NCBI GenBank assembly: GCA_030390025.1 | Contig: JASTWF010000361.1 | Location: forward strand, 124,001 to 188,000 | DNA length: 64,000 nucleotides | Source of the DNA: Squalus acanthias | Taxonomy: Eukaryota | Reading direction: 5' to 3' | Shown here: piece after piece, positions 15,662 through 25,088 of the stretch | Position numbering within the stretch: position 1 is the stretch's first letter | Layout: every line of letters starts with the position of its first letter | Notes under the pieces: model-generated | What the model saw: only the letters and a program-made list of their open reading frames with translations | The model's database searches: none | Told to the model about the DNA's origin: nothing | Program-made: the position numbers and the translations under genes

Positions 15662-16210
15662 GCATGATACTTAAAATTATGAAATACATGTCATATGCAC
15701 AGATTAATGACAGTACAATCTTACAAACAGTTATAATCACTCTTAGGGAAACGAGGAACGACCAGCACAACGTAAATAGGGCACACATTACAAATATCCT
15801 TAAACTTTAAACCCTCCCCTATCAATAACTATCCTAAAACTAGCTTCGTAGGATCCCGAGACTCATGCTCACCACTCGTAATAACTCGGAGAAATCCCGA
15901 ATAGCTGATCGGATGTTTTTCACCGCAGCACCCACGTGTTGGTCAGGAGATCTCCTGGTCCCACTTGTTTACTGCTTCTGCTGCTCGGTCAGTCGGCTGG
16001 ACCGTCCGCTGTAGTGAAGACCTCTGTTGGTTGGATACAGGGTATGGTGGAGCACCGTTGTCAATATCACTGATACGATGTGTTTGCACAGTCCAGTTAT
16101 CGTCGATGCAATATGTCTTGTTAAAGAAGAAAACTTCCTGTCGAGAAGACTTGGCTGATCGACCTACAGGCGCGGTCGGGACTTACTGACCGTGGCGATG
16201 GATAAGGTCT

Positions 16211-16257
16211 TCTTCTCTTCTCCTCTCATCTCCTCTCATCTCATCTCATCTCATCTC
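16211..16257. repeat. (TCTCA)n-type microsatellite inside LTR
   Basis: CTCATCTCCTCTCATCTCATCTCATCTCATCTC; copy number differs between LTR types. Confidence 0.8.
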
Positions 16258-17035
16258 GGGCCTTTGGTTCCGCTGCCAGCTACCAACATAGGTCTTTGCA
16301 ACAGTCTTTTACCCAGGAGCAGCCACGAGGTTACGAATCGACCGGATAAAACACAGGAGCAGCCACGATGATAACAGCAGCAAGCGGCAAGAGTCACGAA
16401 CACGAGGCAAGAGAGCGAATGGACGGTTTGGGCCTGCAATTATAGTGCACAGTTCTTCCGTTTCCCGCCCAACTACAATGTCCATTCTTTTGTTTAAGGT
16501 TTGGCGCCCAAAAATGTCCTGTATGGGTGATCTCTGTCCTTAATGGGTTTCGGGGCTACTCCTGAATGTTTGAGTACCTGTTAATATTTCTCCCATTGTT
16601 AAATCGGTCGGTGTTCCCCCTGGAGGGGTTTGGGGCTTCCAAGTGTCCTGTATAACTACCTGCTAACGGCTCTCTCATCGTAGAGCCGTTGGGAGTTTAC
16701 ATATTAATGTCCTTTGGATGGGCCCTTGATGGCTTTCCTTTGTACCTGGGAGACCGATTCCAGTATCGATGTTTATACTGTAAACCCATAATGTCCTGTG
16801 TATTGTCTTCACTGTGCTGAATCGTTATCGATCCTGCAAAAATGTTTATTGGAACGCCATCTTGTCTGCCTGCCGAAAAGTCTCGAATGTTCTGTCACGC
16901 GGTGCGGCGGCCATTTTACAGGCTGCTTGTGTCCAATTTAAACCTGACAGCATTCCGCTGAAATAAAAGCTGTTTTGAACGAAACTTGTGTTTTCTCCTT
17001 ATTAAAATGAAATCGCGATAATTGCGAATTCTACA

Positions 17036-17047
17036 GTCCCTCCTGTT
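17036..17047 (-). promoter_or_regulatory. Polypurine tract of unit 1 (AACAGGAGGGAC)
   Basis: Purine-rich run directly abutting the LTR start TGTAG on the minus strand. Confidence 0.7.
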
Positions 17048-17458
17048 GATGCGAATAACTCCGCTTATCGTATCAAAAACTCAGTGGTGAGCAATCTTAT
17101 CTCGATTTCACTCCGAATCCAGTAAATTAATCCCATAAAATTTTAACTTCACTAGGGTCTCTGTGTCGTCCTTATTTCCCAAGAAAATCACACTTTATAT
17201 CACCATAGGCATCATTTGCCCTTAAACTTACACCACTTGTTTTCCTTCCCGGCGTAACCAGGCCGATACCTCACGCATCACCTGTATATTTATCTTTTAT
17301 TCAGGGAAGGAAAAACAAAACCCAAAAAACCAAACAATCAACACCATCACCAAAATAAACAAATCCCGACTCTTAAACATGTCGAGTTTCCAACGTATTT
17401 ACACTGAGTACAAACTTCCGCGGCGCACGTGGCGAGCGGGAGTGACGCCGTTTTCCCA

Positions 17459-19808
17459 TTACACTGCGCTCTCATCGTGCACGCGCACGTAACGTTCTCG
17501 CCACTCTCCCGTGTTCTCATGCTTGGTGAGGCGCTTGTCTCTTTTACAATGTATGAACAAAAGGTATACTACAATAAACACTTGACAGACGACTAAAATG
17601 TGGGAGGCTATTCTGACCCATGAGGGCACTTCAATATTCGTGAACAGATTCCACCACGGTGGAACCACTATGTCCAAAATGTCTGTACCTATCTCGACAG
17701 TTTTCTGCTCTAAGGTATAAAAATGCTTTTGTGACACCGCGACGGCTTTCAGAAGTTTGGTTAAATGCTCGGGAGAGGGGGAATGAGGTACCCAAAATGT
17801 GCGACAAATCGCTGCAAGTCGGTAAAATTCTCTTTTACTGTGAGATGAACAGTGGATGGTTCAGGGATTGGGATAATTCGCTGTTGTGCTACTTGAACTT
17901 CAGCCCTGGGTTTAAAACAGAAACTGCTGTCACTCACCGGACACCGGCTACGGTTTCCATGCTGGTAGTGTTGCGCTGCAGTGGTAACACAATATGTTCC
18001 ACCCCCGATGTATGCTACCTGCGGAGGCACATGATCTTGTGCCATTGCCTCCATGGTGCAATTCATGGACTTGGCGCCAGCCGTTCTGAACCCGCACTGT
18101 GGTGTTAAAAAGGCATTCAAGTGCTGGGGGCACAGTATTATGTGTGCTCCCCTGCCACGACAACCAGAGAGATCTGTACCTGTCATCGTTTGCTCCCAGC
18201 GGATGACGTAAGGTGGAACCGCTGCATAACGAATGTGGGCTCCCCCCTGAATGACACCAATGTTCTCTACCCGATATACCGGGGCGGGCTTTGCTGTGTT
18301 GCCCAAAACCGGCATGCGTAATACTATTCCCATAATAGTATGGTTTGAACGTCCGCAGTCCACGGGGACTGGGTAAGCTTCTGAAGCTAGCCTGAGCTGG
18401 CACGGACTTAATGCATTCTGAAAAGGGTGGAGCGCCCGCAGGTGTTTGTTACTTATCCAGGACGGGACCAAACCTTGTTTTAAATCCTCCAAATTACTGC
18501 GGCCCTCGCCCAGTAACCACGCCCCGTAAAGCACGCACACCTCGTTCTGCGCAGCTTGATCGGATGCATTCCGATCTTCCCTAATCAGGGCATTTACCGT
18601 ACGCGCATGTTTCTCCAGCTCTGCTATAATCTCTTTTAAGTGTAGTGTCATGGCTTGGTCCTCGTGCAGACCCGACCCTACCACTTTATTCTCATCTGTA
18701 AGAATATCCTTTAACTGTGTTTTTAAACCATTAATCTGGGTCTGCAGCTCCACACTGTCTAGAGCGTTGACCACAGATGTCCCTGTGTTAAAAGCAGTGA
18801 ACGCATCGTTCACCAAACCCCTTCTTTGCCTCCCTACTTGGTCCAAAACTTCCTGCGGTGCGGTGTATAAACTTGTCTTATCAATTTCTGCAAAATCAAA
18901 CTCGTAAAATTGCCTGAACATCTTGGTCAACAGGACCTGGTACAACTGTTCCGTCTTTTTGGGGCACCACTCTGGTAACCGTACCTCAGTGAGATTTAAA
19001 ATCACCGAGGCCACCGCGTAATGTACCCCTGAAATAGTATCTGGTCTGTGGGGACCAGTACCAAACCGTTCCCGGGTCCCTTACTAGTTTTAGGGCACCC
19101 TTCTTCCTCAGTTAGAACTACCGGAATCGTGGGCGGGGCTTTGCGTGGGCGCGTAATGAGCTCAGTGGCATTTACTGGGATCGGAGAGTATGGGGCTCCG
19201 CACCCCCTGGTGCTCGCATCCCACCTCATCCCCTGTCCGTTATCCTGCCACTGGTTAATAAAGAATATGGAGATGCCTTTGGGGCAAACGTACTTTGACC
19301 CCCACATACAAACATAAATCCCCTCATCTGGTTCCCACCATTTGTCCCAACAGACTTTCACTTGTCCATCTGTCCCCGTAATTGTCCGATGGGTATTATT
19401 ACCCAGTCGCTCCCACTCAACCGAAGAGTTCCTCATAGTTTTGCTCAGCTTTCGCAGCCACCACCATCGGCTCAATGGGACATTCCCACTGCAGGTCAAA
19501 CAAATCCGTTTGCCGACGGTGACGCTGATCCTGGGTGCGATGATCCGTACTTTGGGGCACATTAAAGAAGTCTCTTTGTAGGCGAACCCCGATGTGCTGG
19601 AATACTCCGTTGAGTTCGTTCCCAGCCATCCTGGCCACCTTCCCTTGTGGAAATAGGTGCTGGTCCCTTCTGCCTTCCGTCTTCCGGTCCCATCCACCGC
19701 GATGGGGGCCGTGTCCCCGGAACATCCAAACACCACGACATCCTTGGTGAGGCCCCGATAGGCCAATCCACATCCGATTGCCACGAGCAAAACTAGAAGT
19801 CGTTCCAT
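17459..19808 (-). pseudogene. env: Envelope glycoprotein, unit 1; two 1-nt frameshifts (~19025, ~17772)
   Basis: Three ORF pieces (268, 417, 92 aa) match the intact 783-aa copy; both breaks are one base short in C/G homopolymers, so they may be sequencing errors. Confidence 0.9.
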
Positions 19809-19820
19809 CCTTCCTTGGTT

Positions 19821-19842
19821 CCTGTGATCAGATAGAATGAGG
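19821..19842 (-). promoter_or_regulatory. Candidate env splice acceptor (CTCATTCTATCTGATCACAG|G)
   Basis: Pyrimidine-rich tract plus CAG 13 nt upstream of the env ATG; same sequence in unit 2 (~27453-27474). Confidence 0.5.
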
Positions 19843-20045
19843 TAGCCAGCCTCGCAAAAAGTCTCTGGCTTTTGTGAAGGGTGAGCGGGTCCCCTGACCT
19901 CGCCTCACGTAAACTTCAACGTTTGCTAAATAGACTTCCTCTAAACCTAGCCTTAAAACTCCCATCATTTGTCGTTATCTGTTAAAAACACTACAAACTT
20001 AACCTTATTAAAACTACTTAAAACTTTAAACTAAAACTTAAAACC

Positions 20046-21251
20046 TTAAACTAATAACTTTACAATGCCGCCCGTTCTCAGGGCGGCCCCTTTAAATCCT
20101 GAGAAGGCTGCTGCGAGCTCTTCCCGACGGTGGGAGGGCACTGACCCTTCCTCTGATCTGCCGCAGCCTGTTGCTGCGCTGACCCTTTCCTCTGATCTGC
20201 CGCAGCCTGTTACTGCTTCGATGTGGCCTGTCTCTACCCGGGTTATCTTAACCTGAAACTTACGCCCTGGGGCAGCCTGTGGACCTGACCACGTCTTCCT
20301 GGGCTGGGGTACTCTGCTTGACCTACGGGGAATTGCTATGGGCGGGGGCTCCGTGACGGACGGACCGGGTCCCGAGACCTTCAACGGGATGACCTGGGGT
20401 TCCATCACAGGCGCCAGCCCCGCCTCCGCTGACTCCGCCTCCCTAACCTCGGGGCTGGCAGTTCGGGGCCCCGCCCTGCTCGGCCCAGCAGGCGGCCCTT
20501 CACTCGCGAACTCTGCCTCCCCTGAGGACTGGACGTTCAAAGCGGGCGGCCACACCTCTGGGAACCACATAGCGGCTGGCCCGGCCTCCTCTAGCTCCTT
20601 CCTCCTGCTGTCGGGACCTGCAGCTTGTGTGTCCACCCCGTATGGATCTCTACCTAGCGGCCCCAATCCTTCCAGACCGTTCCTCTGAAACCACCCGTCA
20701 TCATCACTATGCTCATCTGCACTATCCTCATCTGACCAGGGTACCCTGGGGTCCTCGTCATCTAACCCCCAACTCCAGAAAAACGCTGCATGATCGTCCG
20801 GGATGTCCCTTCCCCTGATGCAAGCTGCTACGCCTGCCTGTGTGCCTTGTGGTCCTACCTGGGGCTGTGCTTCCCCACTCGCAGGTCTGGCCCCTCCCTT
20901 AAGACAGGCCACCGCCCCTGCTTGTTTCTGTGAAATCTCACCTGCTGGAGGCTGCAGATTTCTATCCTGTTTTAAATACTCATACTCCCTGCTTTTGGCT
21001 ACCCTGTAGGCTGCTTTTATCTCTCTAAGCTGCTCTTCTAGCCTGAGCACGTCTAACTTTCCCATTGATCGGGCGTTCTCCTCCCGTAGGGTCTGCTCTC
21101 TAAGCTGCCCTTCCAGCCCATCTATTCTCCCTATTAAGCGGGTGTTCTCCTCCCGCAAGGCCTGCTCTTTTAACCTGGCCTCCTCACCGCAGACCCCCTC
21201 CTGTGCGTGTCTTTTAAAAGGACACAGGTAGGCAGGCTGCGTGGACTCTAG
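20046..21251 (-). CDS. ORF-X: ~401-aa coiled-coil / acidic / Pro-rich protein of unknown function, in frame with gag after the TGA
   Basis: Open from the codon after the gag stop (LESTQPAYLCPFKRHAQEGVCGEEARLKEQALREENTRL...) to TAA at 20046; the track start at 21158 is a TTG 93 nt downstream in the same frame. Confidence 0.75.
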   Translation of the reverse strand, partial: LESTQPAYLCPFKRHAQEGVCGEEARLKEQALREENTRLIGRIDGLEGQLREQTLREENARSMGKLDVLRLEEQLREIKAAYRVAKSREYEYLKQDRNLQPPAGEISQKQAGAVACLKGGARPASGEAQPQVGPQGTQAGVAACIRGRDIPDDHAAFFWSWGLDDEDPRVPWSDEDSADEHSDDDGWFQRNGLEGLGPLGRDPYGVDTQAAGPDSRRKELEEAGPAAMWFPEVWPPALNVQSSGEAEFASEGPPAGPSRAGPRTASPEVREAESAEAGLAPVMEPQVIPLKVSGPGPSVTEPPPIAIPRRSSRVPQPRKTWSGPQAAPGRKFQVKITRVETGHIEAVTGCGRSEERVSAATGCGRSEEGSVPSHRREELAAAFSGFKGAALRTGGIVKLLV

Positions 21252-23062
21252 TCATGGGGCACTATTAGACGGTCCTGCGGCACCTACGGGGCCGGTTGCG
21301 ACCGCCACCTGTCCACGCGCATTCAAAACCATCTTGCGCATGACTCCTAACACTGCTTCGAGGTCTTCAGGAGAGGTGGGTGCCTTTGCTTCCTTAGCCG
21401 GGACAGGCGCCTGGGTTCGGACCGCGGGATTTTTATCCTTGGAATCCTTCCAAGGGTTCCTGCAGTGCTTGCGCCAGTGCCCTGTCTTCCCACACCCGTA
21501 ACAGGCATTACTTGCCTGTGGGGCGCGATTACCCTCCTGATGCCACTCTCTTTGAGTCGGGGCTGCGGGTCGTACCTCATGTACTCTTCCCTTAAAGGGA
21601 CGTGTCGCCATACCCCTTATGTTACGGTAACCTAACGTGAGTCGATTCAAGACCGACTCTTCCGTAAGGTTGAGGTCATTGGGATCGAACCAGGCTTTTG
21701 CCTGCTCTCTAACGGCTGGTAAACTGTTGGCTATTATGCACCTAAGCCAATGAATTAAAGCGGCGCCTTCCACATCTTCGCGCTCGGGCGCACCTAGACA
21801 GCTGCGCTCATATACTGGCCACAGCCTGTCGGCAAAAACCTTCGGGGGTTCTCCCTCCATCTGCACTGTCTGTCCCACTCTAGCAAACGGACCTCCGTCG
21901 TTCGCTCCCACTACTTCTAGGACCTCATTTTTCAATTCCTCATAACTTTTATTACCCCTCTTGCTATCGCCTGAGAGACACTGAAGGACCGAGCTATCTA
22001 AAGAGAACAGCAGCATTTTTGCTGTCTCCCCATCATCGCAGCCGTTGATGGCTGCGGCTTGCTCAACTTCCCTAAAATGTACGGAAGGGTCGTCTATCTC
22101 GGTCAGCTTCCTTACGTGGTTTATCATGGCCCTCAGCTGATGTGAACTGTGAGGCAACACCAGCTGTCCGAGGAGATCCCCCGGTTCTTCCCCACCGTTT
22201 CTGCTTGGGCCCCTTTTAATCCCCGTTACTGGATACAACGATCCCTTTTCTACCTCTTTTCAACGGGCTCTTTCGCTTCTTCCGTTGCTTCCTCCCTAAC
22301 CCAGGTTTCTGAATAGCTGGGTGGCGCGGAGGGCGCAGTGGCTACTACCTCTTCTGCTTTACTTGGTGGGGAATTTCTAAATCTCTCATTTACTAGCGGC
22401 TGGCGTGCCGACGGATTAATAAGGCACACCATGCCGTTCGCATTATTCACGGCCTTTTTGAGGCTCTCTATCTCTTTTTCGCAGGCGCTATGGTCGGCTC
22501 CCTGAAACTTATCCTCAAGGGCCAACTTATACGCCGACCTAACCCCCATTAAGCTCTCTTCTTGAGTTCTTATCTGGGCAGCTTGACGGTTACATCTTTC
22601 CTTCATCCTATTCTCGTTTAATTTTGCTTCAGTGATCTGGCACTCGAGATACTCTACCCTTGTTTTAAGGTAGCTGGAGACTTCCTGGCTTTCCTGGCGT
22701 AACTCATTTAAACTCTTAATGAGCGCCTCCCCTCCAGAAACCTTCTCCTCCATTTCCTCCTCTAACTGCTTGATTCGAGCGGTTAGCGCTGTATTGGTCT
22801 GGTTTGAAATCTGAACCTGCCTTTTGTAGCACATAAGCCAGACTGCTTTCTCAACTGCCTTTTTATGCTCCTTACTATCCGTCCACCTTTCAGCTGCCTC
22901 TAGTGGGCTCTTATCCGCTAACAATTCGCTTATCCACTTTTTCGTTAGATTAACCTTTCCAAATACGTAATCCGCTATCTTTTCCTGCATCACATTTCGT
23001 ACAGTCATTCCAAAATCTAACACACTACCCTCTCGCTGCCAATGTCCTGCCGCGGTCGCCAT
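21252..23062 (-). pseudogene. gag: Gag, unit 1; split by a 1-nt deletion at ~22256 (270 + 328 aa pieces)
   Basis: N-terminal coiled coil, PSAPPSY late motif, capsid-like region and CCHC knuckle CYGCGKTGHWRKHC. Confidence 0.9.
23044..23061 (-). promoter_or_regulatory. Primer-binding site TGGCGACCGCGGCAGGAC, tRNA-Arg(TCG)-like
   Basis: 18 nt starting TGG, 5 nt after the LTR end; complementary to the vertebrate tRNA-Arg(TCG) 3' end ...GTCCTGCCGCGGTCG-CCA as I recall it. Confidence 0.85.
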
Positions 23063-23066
23063 TTTC

Positions 23067-24666
23067 TGTAAGGGATACTCTCCTGACCCTGCGTGTCTCG
23101 TAGCCTGTGAGGTTCACGCGGCTCTGTGCAGCCTGTATGTCAGTGCGGGTCTAGGCCTGGTCTCCAGCCAGTCTGGGAACACTAGACACCCCTGTGAGTG
23201 GTTCGAATCACTCTCCCTTACGGTTCTAGACACTGGACTTAGATGCGAGAGCAGTAATGGAGATAAAACTCATGTAGACTTGGTTTGAACGGTACGAAAT
23301 GGAAAATCTTTATTGCATGATACTTAAAATTATGAAATACATGTCATATGCACAGATTAATGACAGTACAATCTTACAAACAGTTATAATCACTCTTAGG
23401 GAAACGAGGAACGACCAGCACAACGTAAATAGGGCACACATTACAAATATCCTTAACTTTAAACCCTCCCCTATCAATAACTATCCTAAAACTAGCTTCG
23501 TAGGATCCCGAGACTCATGCTCACCACTCGTAATAACTCGGAGAAATCCCGAATAGCTGATCGGATGTTTTCACCGCAGCACCCACGTGTTGGTCAGGAG
23601 ATCTCCTGGTCCCACTTGTTTACTGCTTCTGCTGCTCGGTCAGTCGGCTGGACCGTCCGCTGTAGTGAAGACCTCTGTTGGTGGACTTTACAGTTCAGTC
23701 GAGGAGCACCGTTGTCAATATCATTGATACGATGTGTTTGCACAGTCCAGTTATCATCGATGCAATATGTCTTGTTAAAGAAGAAAACTTCGTTGTCAAG
23801 AAGACTTGGCTGATCGACCTACAGGCGCGGTCGGGATTTACTGACCGTGGCGATGGATAAGGTCTTCTTCTCTTCTCCTCTCATCTCATCTCATCTCATC
23901 TCATCCGGGCCTTCGGTTCCGCTGCCAGCTACCAACATAGGTCTTTGCAACAGTCTTTTACCCAGGAGCAGCCACGATGATAACAGCAGCAAGCGGCAAG
24001 AGTCACGAACACGAGGCAGGAGCAAGAACCAAGAGTCAAGAGAGCAGAATGGACGGTTTGGGCCTGCAATTATAGTGCACAGTTCTTCCGTTTCCCGCCC
24101 AACTACAATGTCCATTCTTTTGTTTAAGGTTTGGCGCCCAAAAATGTCCTGTATGGGTGATCTCTGTCCTTAATGGGTTTCGGGGCTACTCCTGAATGTT
24201 TGAGTACCTGTTAATATTTCTCCCATTGTTAAATCGGTCGGTGTTCCCCCTGGAGGGGTTTGGGGCTTCCAAGTGTCCTGTATAACTACCTGCTAACGGC
24301 TCTCTCATCGTAGAGCCGTTGGGAGTTTACATACTAATGTCCTTTGGATGGGCCCTTGATGGCTTTCCTTTGTACCTGGGAGACCGATCCCAGTATCGAT
24401 GTTTATACTGTAAACCCATAATGTCCTGTGTATTGTCTTCACTGTGCTGAATCGTTATCGATCCTGCAAAAATGTTTATTGGAACGCCATCTTGTCTGCC
24501 TGCCGAAAAGTCTCGAATGTTCTGTCACGCGGTGCGGCGGCCATTTTACAGGCTGCTTGTGTCCAATTTAAACCTGACAGCATTCCGCTGAAATAAAAGC
24601 TGTTTTGAATGAAACTTGTGTTTTCTCCTTATTAAAAATGAAATCGCGATAATTGCGAATTCTACA
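23067..24666 (-). repeat. LTR2 (internal, type B, 1600 bp), shared between units 2 and 1
   Basis: Same termini as LTR1; PPT on one side and PBS on the other. Confidence 0.96.
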
Positions 24667-24678
24667 GTCCCTCCTGTT
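24667..24678 (-). promoter_or_regulatory. Polypurine tract of unit 2
   Basis: Same AACAGGAGGGAC abutting LTR2. Confidence 0.7.
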
Positions 24679-25088
24679 GATGCGAATAACTCCGCTTATC
24701 GTATCAAAACTCAGTGGTGAGCAATCTTATCTCGATTTCACTCCGAATCCAGTAAATTAATCCCATAAAATTTTAACTTCACTAGGGTCTCTGTGTCGTC
24801 CTTATTTCCCAAGAAAATCACACTTTATATCACCATAGGCATCATTTGCCCTTAAACTTACACCACTTGTTTTCCTTCCCGGCGTAACCAGGCCGATACC
24901 TCACGCATCACCTGTATATTTATCTTTTATTCAGGGAAGGAAAAACAAAACCCAAAAAACCAAACAATCAACACCATCACCAAAATAAACAAATCCCAAC
25001 TCTTAAACATGTCGAGTTTCCAACGTATTTACACTGAGTACAAACTTCCGCGGCGCACGTGGCGAGCGGGAGTGACGCCATTTTCCCA

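Larger units (their letters stand above)
15414..17035 (-). repeat. LTR1 (outer 3' LTR, type A, 1622 bp)
   Basis: Begins TGTAAGGGATACTC and ends GCGAATTCTACA on +; near-identical to 36610-38231. Confidence 0.96.

Noticed and set aside
15330..16439. Short ORFs in LTRs (e.g. MENLYCMILK..., MFTASAARSVG..., MDIVVGRETEE...)
   Set aside because: Frames are not conserved among the four LTR copies and no domain is recognisable.
17760..19030. Private frameshifts in env1 (also ORF-X2 and gag3) as programmed recoding
   Set aside because: Each is unique to one copy and mostly in homopolymers; better explained by sequencing error or decay.
17659..19771. Plus-strand and alternative-frame ORFs overlapping env (and likewise pol and gag)
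   Set aside because: Short shadow ORFs without motifs; identity between copies only reflects recent duplication.
21210..21222. TTTAAAA as a -1 slippery heptamer at the pol/ORF-X switch point
   Set aside because: Codon phase is CCT TTT AAA, not X XXY YYZ; a -1 shift would hit TAA, and ORF-X is already in frame.
23044..23061. tRNA gene fragment
   Set aside because: Only the 18-nt 3' end including CCA matches; it is a PBS, not a tRNA gene.
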